From Circinaria calcarea (taxonomy: Eukaryota): a DNA stretch of 39,778 nt. Position numbers and translations under genes: made by a program. This document shows positions 1-12,003 of this stretch, in pieces. The notes below the pieces were generated by a model. That model was not told the DNA's origin and ran no database searches. It worked only from the letters and a program-made list of their open reading frames with translations. The stretch spans positions 1 through 39,778 of the forward strand of contig JAVECS010000024.1 in assembly GCA_051942165.1 (NCBI GenBank). The letters run 5' to 3'. The number at the start of each line of letters is the position of its first letter. Within the stretch, counting starts at the first letter, position 1.

Positions 1-1810
1 AATATAGAGGTCCTCGTCGTTGAAGCCGGCAACAACCACATCGACGATCCACGAGTCAAGATCCCAGCTTTATATGAAGCGATGAAACAGACTGAAGCGG
101 ACTGGAATTTTATGACCACAGCTCAGGTAAGCTAGTTCCACAGCGTTTCAAGTACTCGGACGAGCTAACGAACTTTACTAGGCCGAACTTAAGGGAAGAC
201 AAGTCAACATAGCTCAAGGCCGAGCTCTAGGAGGTTCAAGTGCAATAAACGCTCATGTGTTTGTGCCTCCATCCAAGACTGTAATTGACGCTTGGGAGAC
301 GCTTGGAAATCCTGGATGGAACTGGGACACTATGAAGCCTTACTATACGAAGGTATACTCACTCAAGCCACTGCAACCCGAGCTTAGGGAACACTTGGGA
401 ATTGATTGGATGGGGGAAGACAAGGATATACCAGCAGGTCCGATCCAGCTTTCTTACACAGGTAGCTTGAAAGACCCAATTCCAAGGTCGTGGATCGAGA
501 CTTTCAAGGGTTTGGGCTATCATATGACAGGAGATCCATTCTCCGGAAACCCCATGGGAGCGTTCAGCTGTCTTGCCAGTATTAGTATGGACACAAAGGA
601 ACGAAGCTACGCAGCGACGGCCTATTATGCTCCGGTAGCAGACCGCAAGAATTTGCATGTAGTAACCGGCCTATCGGTAGATAAGATTCTTTTCAAGAAA
701 ACTGAAACAAAGCTTCGTGCTACCGGGGTGCAATTTCAACGGAACGGCGACATAGTGACAGTAAAGGCTCGAAAGGAAGTTATACTGGCTGCCGGTTCCC
801 TTCAGTCTCCTAAGATGCTAGAGATTTCCGGTATAGGAGCTGCAGAACTGCTCCGTTCTCATGGGATTGATATCGAGATTGACAACCCGTACGTTGGAGA
901 GAATCTTCAAGATCACATTGTGTGTGGAATAGGATTTGAGACAGAGGACTATGTGAATACACTAGACGACCTGATCAGGCAGGATCCAAAGGCGATCGAA
1001 GCGGCCATGGGAGAATATCTCCAGAGCAAAACAGGACCACTAACGTCACTTGGACTAGCTTCATATGCCTACCTTCCGGTTGTCGAATTTCTGTCAGATG
1101 ATGGGAAGAGTGTGCTTGAAAAGCTGCTTGACGCCTATGCTACCTCCACCACTACACCAGCAAATCCAGCAGCCCGTTTGTACCATGACATCGCAAAGTC
1201 AATTCTAGAGAGTAAAGACGAAGCGTCCGGGAGCTTCTTGGCTGTCGCTGCGCAAAACATTTCCCCTGCTGACCCAGATTTGAAGGATGCCCCTGTTGGG
1301 CCGGTCCCAGGCAAATTTATCACGCTTGGAGCGATGTTGTCGCAACCCCTTTCCAGGGGAAGTGTGCACATCAAGTCTTCCAACCCAAATGAGAAGCCCA
1401 CAATTGACCCAAGGTTTCTGACTCACCCACTCGACATTGAAGTTCTCGCCCGACATGTGCAGTATCTGGAAGTGATTGCGGAAGCGCATCCATTTCGGAA
1501 ACTCTTAAAAGAAGGCGGGAGACGCAGTGGCCCTCAGTCTCCTTTGGGGGATCTCAAGGCGGCCAAGGAATATGTTCGGAAAAGTGGTATCTCGATGTGG
1601 CATCCGACGAGTACATGCTCCATGCTACCGAGGGACAAAGGGGGGGTGGTTGATGAGAAACTCGTTGTTTATGGAACCGATAATCTGAGAGTCGTGGATG
1701 CGAGCGTTATTCCTCTGACTCCTAGGGCGAACGTGCAATCGACGGTCTATGCGGTTGCAGAACGAGCGGCGGACCTTATTAAGGCTGAACATGGGCTAGT
1801 CGGCGCGTGA
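1..1810 (+). CDS. GMC (glucose-methanol-choline) oxidoreductase, 5' end outside window; exons <1-126, 182-1810
   Basis: Exon 1 reads NIEVLVVEAG...ADWNFMTTAQ; intron 127-181 (GTAAGC...GCTAAC...TAG); exon 2 has GRALGGSSAIN, EVILAAGSLQSPKMLEISGIG, VGENLQDH, WHPTSTCSM, GGVVDEKLVVYGTDNLRVVDAS, all GMC motifs. Confidence 0.95.
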
Positions 1811-2214
1811 CGAGCTGCTTTTGGGATCAGGCGCGGTTGAGGCGATCACTCGCTTGGGCGTCGGCATAAGTAATCAGTTAGTTAGACAATGCTGCAATCT
1901 CTTTCGGGTGTGTTTGAACCATGTGATTGATTAATTCGAGCTGGGCACTCGGGTGGGAAAGGGAGAAAGGGGCTGTCTAGCTGGCAGTGCTACTTCATCA
2001 TACAGAGAATGGGCGTAGAGGTAGACGTCAGTGGTTTAGAACAGTATCAGCAGCGGGAGGAGGAGGAGAACGAAGGGGAGAACAATGCTTCGACACGTTC
2101 ACCGAGTGTTTTCGTGACGATAGAGCATGTCATTCCAGCTGCGTTCAAGATATTCTTGAGAGCTGTGTCCCCGGGCGCCTCCCCACTCATTATGCCAGAG
2201 GCAGAAGAAAGCTT

Positions 2215-4030
2215 ACATAGACGCAACAGCTGCCCAAAGAGTTTCGTGCTGATTCATGAATCTGAGATGATTACGGGTTGAGATCGGGAACCGGCTGCGT
2301 TGAAGGTATGAAACCTTGACAAGAAAATCTTGAGCATCGTTGGGAGGCACTTCCTTGATGCGTGTGCCTAAGGCCGGCTGGGCAACGGCGCCGCTGAAGG
2401 AAAGTAGTAAAGCACAGCTAGTCGCCCATTACCAAAGGTGGGGATTGAACCGTGACAGCTTAGGTCCGAATACACTTTCGTTCAGATACAACTGGCGACA
2501 TGGGATTTAAAGATATCCGTCCCGCTTCGAAGAACCTTGCCGTCCACGTTGGGTAGTGTCTCGGACGCTTGCGGATTGTGCTTGTGGAGCTGGTAAGGCG
2601 GAGGACTTCAAGCACGTACTGCTTTCAGGCGAGGGCAGTGCTCGAGACGGGTATGGGAGACCCTTCCATTCGCTCGGAACACGCAAACTCAATCTCGGCT
2701 CGGAGGATGGTATGAGGAGCGGGATCGTGTAAGATATAGGCCAACATGCAGAAGTAGGCTTTGTAGGCACTAGCGTTGCAGGAAAGTGTCAGCCCTTATC
2801 TGCGACTGAGGATTAAGGGGGTGTGTTACACCTAATATACGGGGACAAGGATTGCAGCGATGTCGTTTTTCCTCGAGAGCCAATCCCCCCTCATCTCGGT
2901 CTCGAAGCTATGAATTAGCCAAGATGCCCCCGGGCGCTCTCCTTTGGTAGCTTGAAAAAGGTCATCAGTGCTGCATGGACGTTATCTCCGGCCGCGTGTA
3001 ATTCCCGAGATAGGAAACGTGGAATATTTATAGTGGAGCTTCCAACTGCTGGCGCCAAAGACCAAGGAATTTTCGAAAAGGTCGGGTTCAATATCAAGAA
3101 GTCGATTACCAATAAGGAAGTGCGAGTTGGCCAACTCGAGCAGGACCTCCCGGCACCAGCCGGGAGGCGAGACAGTTTTTCTTCCCAGGGATAGGAGATA
3201 GAATGCTCCTCTTGGGAATCTCATCCCCGGCCAGCAATGCTTCTCAATCCTGCTCGGAAGAATAGATTGAAGAGTCTCCGATTCCTCCCCAGGGAGCAAC
3301 TGCTGCTGGCAGAGCCTCTGTCCGATGGGCACGAAGTTTTTATGCAGAAGATTCGTTATGCCACCGATGGCAGTCTACCTGGCATGGGTCTGGTCAAGAA
3401 GCGGCATTCACACGTCAACCGCCTTCTGCAAAGCACCGAGAGAGATTAGGGTTTCCCGGATAAACTTATCCCAAGCAAGCGTTGCCGTACTTTTATAAAT
3501 GCTATAGATCTCTTGTGGTGATGATATTATATAGAGCAGCCGGCCGCCTATATTGATTTTTGTGCGTCTCGTCGGTATTCTTGGAATGGTCTCTGTGCCG
3601 AGTTTAGTTCTGTCAAATCAGCAAAAATATAGATACCTTCGTCGTATACAGCGGAGAGTAAGGGTAATATGACTTAAACATTTTGGGGCATTTTACCTTC
3701 TATACGCAAGTGTTCCTTCGTAATTGTGAAAAATCTCATCGCATGGCCTTGTAACGCAGAAATATGTCAATATAGGATCAAAAAACTCTCGAGGTTATGA
3801 TTTACCAAGGCCTGCAACTCTCATTAGAAAAAATCATCATCATCAGATTAATCGCGTGCAAAACCAGTCACTCACGCGGTATTCAATATGGAATCGTTTT
3901 TTGGCTCTTGCGGATATAAGGTAGGGAGTATAGTAAAGGTCCCGATTCGCCATGATAAAAGCAATAGAACTAGAACAAGGAATATAATAATTATAAGGAA
4001 GGACGGTTTTGCCTCATCAATGGTATACAT
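2215..4030 (-). pseudogene. Cytochrome P450 pseudogene with multiple frameshifts and premature stops; ends approximate
   Basis: Minus-strand fragments in P450 order: membrane anchor MYTIDEAKPSFLIIIIFLVLVLLLLSWR (ATG 4030), TIPY*IP, GHAMRFF, YIISSPQEIYSIYKSTATLAWDKFIRE, QQLLPGEE, WCREVLLE...LLDIEPDLFE...SWKLHYKY, PRFLSRE...FFKLPKE, DIAAILVPVY*V, AYKAYFCMLAYILHDP...LRAEI, ExxR motif EVLRLTSS, IPCRQLYLNESVFG...FNP; heme-binding motif degenerate; frames change repeatedly. Confidence 0.8.
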
Positions 4031-5572
4031 ACTGGTATCCCATTAATACTTGCCGGGCCCATTTTTGGAAAACATGTCTCCAACAGTCCTTGTACACCAA
4101 GAAGATAGTCGACGGAGGGTGAACCTAGGCGTTAGGTGCGATATGCAATTAGGAAGCTGCATGCTCTATATCTCGCCTATCTAATTCCAAGTGTTTGTTG
4201 CAATGATTGAGAAGACGCCTTTTAAACCACCTTTGGCTGTCAGGTCAGTTCACATGATAGTTGTTGAAACCGCGGCTATGCCTTTCTTGAACAGATGGGT
4301 GGGTGCTGGAACGCATCCAAAATGTGTGCAATATCCCCTTTTTTTGGTTTTTTTTGGTGGTGAATTTTCATTGCGGAGCTGAAGCGGCGGAATGAACCGA
4401 GTATCTGGCCTACTATCAAAGAGTTCTTCCCACCAGGAGCTCTATGTTAAATAGATAAATCGGCCAGCAAGCGAACCTCCACTCGCCATTCCGTATTGTT
4501 CAATTGAATTCCCCGCCGGCTTGAGAGAGAAGCGTGAAGATAGAGCCCCATCTACGCCATGTATTTCTTATTTATTATATACTTTCGTCAGCGTCTTTAT
4601 CTGGCTATATCCTGCTTTTTTCCGCACTTGATTTCTAGCCCTTGCAGGCGCTTTCCGCTATTGTGCTCAATTGTCTCGCTCAGCAATTTCCATCTCCCGC
4701 GTCGTGCGTTCGTCGGTTCCTTTGGCTGGTTAGATGTTAATCTTCCTCGAATGAAAGCTAATGACTTTTCAACAGGCATCCCAATTTCACTGAAAAACGG
4801 CCATAGTCTCCCGAGTGTCAGGTGAGAACATCCACGCCGACACCAATATGGAGCAACCTCCTTGCCCAGAAATAATGAAGGGTAAACATAGAAACGGGTG
4901 AAGATCGCTCGTCGTGAGAGATGAGTGATGTAGGATAAAACAGATACAAAGGATCAGTACTTGAGAGAGGGGGCTGAACAGTACGATGGGTAAGAGACGC
5001 TGCGGCGGCAATCACCAACATCTCTTTTTGCATGTTTTGATGTTGGACCTGTTTTCATATTGTACTCTTTTCTTTGTTGTTGCAGGTGAGGATTCGCTGC
5101 GCGAATGGGCTTAGAGGTGAACGAGGGTCGACCTGAACGTGAATGGACCCCTGCGAGGCTCAACGATCAGTCAAGGGAGAGCTTGGTGCACGAAAAGACA
5201 TGATTTCATCCCAGCAAGAGCGGGCTTATTCTTATCATTACCCCGTGTCCAAGGCAATCTCCATAGAATATTTACTCAAGCAGATACCTCTAGATACTCA
5301 TGCTCATCAGCCGTCATCGCGCTATATGGCAGAGCCACAAAGACAAGAGTAAAAGCGTACAACCACAGAATGAAGTGGGTATAGTAGTCATTACCTCCGA
5401 CGGCCAAAAAGAATGCTTCGAAATCTAAAATTCGTTGTCCAATCAATCACTTGAACTCCATCAGGTACGTGCTCCCCCCGCCAACCAACACCGGAGACGC
5501 CGTGTGTGTGATGCACGGCACCTCGTAATCGACGCATTCCAAACCTTCAGCTCACGTGCTACCCGCCCATGA

Positions 5573-7109
5573 CTAAGGCGGTGTAGGACTTGGGGTTTGC
5601 ATATAAAGTGCATCCATTGAGTGGTTCCTTTGCTGTTGGCCAATAACCTCCTTTGCGTAAAACTCCACCAGCATACTTCCGTACGCTTCTAATTCTTCTA
5701 CCGGAACAGACAATCGAAAATCGTTTAGCAGAAGGAACTGTAGCTCTAGGTGATTTAACTCCAGCAACGGTAGACCGCCCACCTTGATCAAGTCAGCTAA
5801 TTTTGGGAGGAATCAAGTACGCTGAACTCACCTTTGCGTATCTCGAATTTGTATAGAACACGTCAGAGAAGAATTTGCTTGCGCAGGTAACACCTGCTAT
5901 CACTAAGCGATGTATGTTGAAGCTGTCGACCACAAAGAAATGTGACAAGTTATAAGGATCAACTTCAGACGTTGAACCAGAAGGACCGGTTAAGGACGGA
6001 GGAAAATCGGTACGACCTTGCAAATTATTTGAACTGGCTGGTGGGGAATTTATAACGGATGCGGATGCAGAACTCTGCGGCCTGCTCCTAAAGCTCTGTC
6101 TGCCTGGTAATCCCGCACTACTCTGTGGCCTGCCTTCAGCCTCAGTATAGTCTTCAGCGTGACGGAAACTCTCCAAGGATCCACTGTTGATCACCTCAGT
6201 CATGCGGTCAAAGTATACCAGCAAACTTAAGAAAACTTCGTAAGTGGTCGGACAGTACTTGTGAATACGGCTCAGATAGCTGAGTATCGTAATACTTGGG
6301 ACATTCTTCCCATGGAAAGCTAGCATGCTCGTTGTCTGCTGGCTCAGTCCTGTAGTACCTTCTGGAGGCGGAAAATGCCGATGGATATTCTCATGTTGGC
6401 GATCGTTTGCATTTGTTATTTTGGTCAATAAGCCAGCCACCATCTCAATGATATCCGTTACTGGCATTGCACTGATCTCATATTGTTGGCCTCCATCCTG
6501 CCTGTCCCTCAGAGAACGGCGAGATCCGTGGCGTGACCGGGTCAAGACCTCCTCGCTGGCAAAACTGTGGATATGATTTAGATCACGGACTTTGATACGA
6601 TTAGGAGATGCAGATCCGGAACCACTGAGGGAAATAGAAGACCGTAGAGTCGGTTGCAGTCGTGGCGACGGAGGAGACGAGGCGAGTCCTTTTGGTGTAC
6701 TAGAGAGTGGAAATCCCGCTTGATCGAAGCCATCTCCAATGCCATGTGCTTGAAGATGCGACGAAGAATGCAAGTTATTCGCATGTGGTTGATGCACAGA
6801 CTCGGTGGATCCACCCTGCACCGATCCCCGTGATAGGGGGCGTGGATTTATACGAGGATGCTGAGACGCAAGTCGCGCTAAACTGGCGGAGCTGCCGCTT
6901 ATGCTGGATTGAGTGGGAGTGGCAGTCGCCGAAGGATAGCGCTGGGGCGTGTAGGTGGGAATCGAAGACTGTGAGGGATATGAGCGAACTGACGACGGCT
7001 TGCTCCTTTCCGAATTTGACGAGGATATCTGTTGATGGTCTCCGACTACCATCGCGTGGGGGAAGCGCGCAATGTCGGAAACGACGTCGCTGATCACAAT
7101 CGAGCCCAT
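5573..7109 (-). CDS. Pho80/PCL6-7-type (PHO85) cyclin; exons 7109-5832, 5782-5573
   Basis: Cyclin box AFHGKNVPSITILSYLSRIHKYCP...LLVYFDR and NIHRLVIAGVTCASKFFSDVFYTNSRYAK|VGGLPLLELNHLELQFLLLNDFRL joined across 49-nt intron 5831-5783 (GTGAGT...GCTGAC...AAG). Confidence 0.92.
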
Positions 7110-8022
7110 GTCAGCCTGGGATGCCGTTCAAGCAGAATGTCCGGCTTGGATAGTTTCGGGTCAGCCTCAGGATCATCAAGGCAGGCAAAACGGAGGAATC
7201 AAACAACAGAGAGCCAGCGCCGATCTGTCACGGAGCATAGCGCAAGTGTCCTTTGACGTTCACGGATGGTGATTGCGCAGTGATCACGACCAAATGGAGA
7301 AGTGGTGACCGTCGTGCAAAAGACATGCGTATGGACGGTGCAAGCAGAGAGGCGAGACGAGGGAGACGGGTACGTACCTTCTGAAGCATTCCTGGTTCAG
7401 GAGGTCAACCCTTCCAGCAATCAATCTACCCACGCTTCCACATCAACCACGCACTTCTCCTGCGTGCGACAGGAGGTGAGTGGAGAGGCGGACTCTGGCA
7501 ATGTTGAATACCGTGATAGGGCTATTATTAGGACTACCGGTAGTTGGGACCTTAAGGTAGGAAGCTGAAGATTAAAATGAAGTGGCTTGTGGCGCGCCAG
7601 ATTGGGTCGATGCGTTGGAATCATCGGCACGCCGTAGGGGGCTCAAACGTCACTGCGCTCGGACCCGCCTTTGATTCAATTCCAATGCTGCCGTTTCAGA
7701 TTGGCGATCTTGTACAAGCATCGCAGGAGCGTATCGTATATTATCTACAGCTGCTTCCATCCTGCCGTCATCTCTCACAGCTCGACGTAACCGTGGCCTA
7801 CCAAAGTAGAGGTACAATTCATCCAACGACTGGGATCAATCTACTGGCCAGATCTTATTGCTCATCGGTCATCGGTCATCGAACAGCAACTGCCTGGATG
7901 TTGGCTGACCGATTTCATATCGGCCACTGATTGCAAGCGGCCACGACACAGAAGGTACAAGATGTAGGGGCCAGCGTAGGTTATGAATACCCGGCAAGTG
8001 TTGAGTGGTACAAGGTTATCCC

Positions 8023-8940
8023 TTATTTCGCTCCGGGCTCGGTGTACCCGTTATCGGGAAGATACAGATGTCGGACAGCCCCCTTAGCAGTCAGGACCAC
8101 CAGCCTGATGACACCCCCCGAACTGCCATCCCACTTGATAGCCTCCCGCAGAGCCCCTTTGACGAAATTGATCCCTTCTTGTTCTGTCATTCCCTCTTTC
8201 CAATACGAATCGCAGTATCCGTAGATGTATGTCGAACCCGAACCCCCAATTGCATACGACTGTTTGTGCAGGGAGCCTCCCAAGGGAATCGAGTATACCT
8301 GGCCCCCATGTCTCTGGTCGTAGCCTGCTATTATCATGCCGGCGCTGGAGAGGGTCAGCTTGGGATGCTAAGATACTCTGGCGTTGAGGCCCTCACCTAA
8401 GCTGGTCTTTATTGTCGTAACATAGCTCTTGAAAGATGGCGGCCGCCGTCTGGGTGGTTGGTGGCTCGTCGTGTGTTGTGGCATACATGCTGAGGTGGTA
8501 GTGCACGATATCTGCCACTGCTTGTGTATCGGCTGCGGAACCAGATCTACAACACCATATGGTGTCATGCACTTGTGTGAGTTTGTCCGTGACTCGGTTT
8601 GCTATGTATGCGCCTGTAGTTGTTCTGCTGTCTGCTCCTAGTATAACCCCGTCCTTGAAGTTGATGGCCATTCTATACTTTCAATCAGCTATTTCTGTGA
8701 GGCTGGATATTACCTAGAGAAGGAGTGTGAGGTGCTTACATGGACGTTCCTAAGCTTGAGACAGCATTGTCAATCAGTTTCCCTCGGCGCGGTATTGGCT
8801 AACAAGCTTACTTAATCTCTCCTTTCTTTAAATGATCCATATCGATATGGATCCCATCTTTGAAACCTTTAGCCCATCGAACCTTGTATATATTCTGGAA
8901 ACGAACCTTCACGGAGCATCCCCGTTGCCGGCATCTCCAT
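8023..8940 (-). CDS. PRE3: 20S proteasome subunit beta-1; exons 8940-8907, 8857-8812, 8754-8740, 8672-8397, 8344-8023
   Basis: Spliced product [63 protein letters not shown]...[12 protein letters not shown]...[13 protein letters not shown]...DGSSGGVIR; four GT-AG introns keep frame. Confidence 0.96.
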
Positions 8941-9463
8941 ATTGTAGCTTTGAGAGCAGGAAATGAAACGTGCAGTGATGGTCCCAGGGTTATTTCTAAT
9001 CTTGCAAATGTCTATCGAATCTTTAACAAAGCTAGGATTCCATTCGAGTGAGGATGGTATGTAAAGTAGGTCAGGTAGCAGGCAGAGCTTCACCGCGTCG
9101 CCCCAAGCTGTATGGAGCTAGAAGCGCTAGTGGTAATCGAGGGGAATCCAATGTACAGCAAAACAAACCTTCAGGAGGCCCCGATTACAAACATTTATTA
9201 TGAACGTGGTGATTACTCGACACACCAGGAATCAAGGTAGCAGTCGTTCCATTTGCTGGCATGTAGCATTAAACAGGCCCTACTTTCATGGTCTCCGATA
9301 CTGATATCGATGACATCGATCTTTCATCTAACCAGGCTTCTGTGACGCTGATCGAAAACGTTAATCAAATCCCATTTTAAAATACCTCCCTTGATCTCTT
9401 CTGTTCTAAATTTTCTGTTTCACTCCCAATTCTGTTGGGGACTCTGCATCCTCAAATTGTGGG

Positions 9464-10605
9464 ATGACTTCAGCCATATATTCGTATCTACGGATACCAG
9501 TCTTGGCTTCTTCGGGGATCGCGATTCTTGCAAGCGGACTATTGTACTTTAAGCAAAAGTAAGTAATATTGGCAGGAACCTCTTGGCCGACGAGTGAGAC
9601 ACTCATCCATGAGGCAGTGAGCTCATATACCCCCGCAATATACCCATGGGATCGAGGACAGAAGAAGGATTTCCCAGACCATCACAGTTCGGTATCTCAG
9701 ACTTCGATGAACTCCGGATCCCTACACCGGATGGCGAGACTCTCAGTGCCTTCCTCATCCGGCCTTCAAATAAGAGTTTGGCAAGGAATATCACCTTCCT
9801 TATGTTCCATGGCAACGCGGGCAACATTGGACACAGAGTCCCTATAGCGCGAGTTCTTGAGGAGAATCTGGGCTGCAATGTCCTGATGTTGGAGTATAGG
9901 GGCTACGGACTATCCAGTGGGACTCCCGATGAAAAAGGGCTCATGATCGATGCGCAGACGGGTCTTGACTATATCCGGAAGCGGGAAGAGACCAAAAGAA
10001 GTAAGATCATCATCTATGGGCAGAGTCTTGGAGGAGCCGTCAGCATACAGCTAGTGGCACGGAATCAGCAAGATGGAGATATTGTCGGACTTATTCTGGA
10101 AAACACTTTCACCTCCATCCGAAAGCTGATACCAAGGTACTTGGATCTAGTACGAACTCGATCACTCGCAATTAATTAAATTATAGTGCATTTCCTCCTG
10201 CTAGGTTCCTTGCCCCGCTTTGTCATCAGAGGTGGCCAAGTGAGGAGACATTACCACAGATCAAAGATGTCCCAATTCTCTTCATCAGTGGTCTCAAGGA
10301 CGAGATAGTTCCGTGAGTAGAGCGCTTCTCAGTCTACCAGCAACTCGTAACCCGTCCGTGGTTAAATTAGTCTGTCAACAGCGTCCTTCAACTTTGCCAA
10401 TAGTTCAGGCAGGCTGATATATTTGACTGACTCTTCTTGTGGCAGGCCTTCGCATATGGAGCAGCTGTACTCTCTATGCCGGTCCAGTACCAAGATTTGG
10501 AAGGCTATGCCCAATGGTACACACAATGATACAGTCGCGGAACCATACTACTTCAACTACATTGCGGACTTCATCAACGACCATGTGTTGAAAAGGAGAC
10601 GGTGA
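9464..10605 (+). CDS. bem46: BEM46/ABHD13-family alpha/beta hydrolase; exons 9464-9558, 9618-10136, 10187-10312, 10446-10605
   Basis: N-terminal hydrophobic segment then LLYFKQNELIYPR, FHGNAGNIGHR, EYRGYGLSSGTPDEKGL, nucleophile GQSLGG, LENTFTSI, DEIVP and THNDT (Ser-Asp-His triad). Confidence 0.92.
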
Positions 10606-12003
10606 GAGTGTGGATGTTCGTTCCTTAGAGACCACGAGTGATGATGTAAAATTCACCCTATTCCGCTCTTACCAAACGCCATTTATTCTATGTGACTTGC
10701 CAAGAGTCTTCCGACCGACAGCTTGGTGAAGCAAGGACTGGACAGTATATATCTATCTGCTACTCCCAGCTGGCGCATCCTTCATAGACTTCAAACCCAC
10801 GAGTACCTCCCATCATCGGCACCTTCCATCAACCGGCTCCTGGCCACAGTCTTAAGGCTGTCATCGCTATATCTCGTAACAGACACCATCAGCATGACAA
10901 TCCTCCAGATCGAAGTTCGGGACTCCGAAGTGGAGAAAACCCCCATAGCATCATATTCCATAGCATCAGTTAGCCATAAAGGAAACCCTGACAGCGTGTG
11001 CTCTGGTTCGGGTATGGTCACTGACAACGGTAATTGCTGGTACAAGCAATACTTCGAGCTAATGCAGGAAGCGGGATACATTGGCTGTTCGGGTCCTGTG
11101 GGAGTCTGACAGTCGATGGCAAGCAGCGCATTAATCAAACGCGCGGAGGCAAGGTCGACGGCCGGCGCTGCTATCGGCCTCACCATTATGATCGTTGTTC
11201 CGGTCTTCTTACTTGTTTGGGCATACAATTGTCATCGGAAGGGTCGATTGAGACCACGATCTTTAGAGGATGGATAATTCTAGAACGCTGACTGGCGTGA
11301 CGGATTTTGGCAAAGTTTGTCGAGGGCGTAGGCGGATACAGGCCAGTTATTGCTGGCGATCACCATGCTGAAGGCCAGCTTATCGACAAGGCAGCTTTTC
11401 ATCATTGTAATGGTATGGAGCTGGGAGATAGAAGAAGTAATAAGTATGGCAGAATTCTTAATTGAGAACATATATGTTTGCCGGAGCACCGAGGCATCTA
11501 GACGTTTATCCAAGTCTAATGAACAAGTATAAATGATTGACTGGTAAACAAGCAACGCAGATGACTCGAATAGGTACTTGACCCATACAATGCGCAATGC
11601 TGATGCTTTCCAACTGTGCTTTTGTGACTGCCTCGGGTTGGTTGTACCGAGGATCCGATACCATACCGTAGAATGTCCGATGAATCACCGAGATAATTCT
11701 TGGCGCGGTTGAGTCATCGCTTCTCACTATGGTAGTTCTTCGACCAATCCCGACAGCCTTATGCCGGAGTAATGCCATCGTAAATAGGTCGTCCATATCG
11801 CCACGGCCTTGTCTTCTTTCTCATTCGGATTTGTTTTCTCGTGGCGAACCTCTGCCCTTTTCTTACTGTCGAAGAAGACTGTTTTTTAGAAGCCTTCACC
11901 TTTCCTTACCGTTGTACGACGTGTTGCTTTAGCCTTGCTTGTTGTAAGAACGCCAAATCTTATACGAAGCTGCACACGTTGATCCTTCGACCATCAAACC
12001 AAG

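Noticed and set aside
2832..3885. P450 Trp-to-stop codons as A-to-I-editable stops
   Set aside because: Several frameshifts and a degenerate heme-binding motif cannot be repaired by editing.
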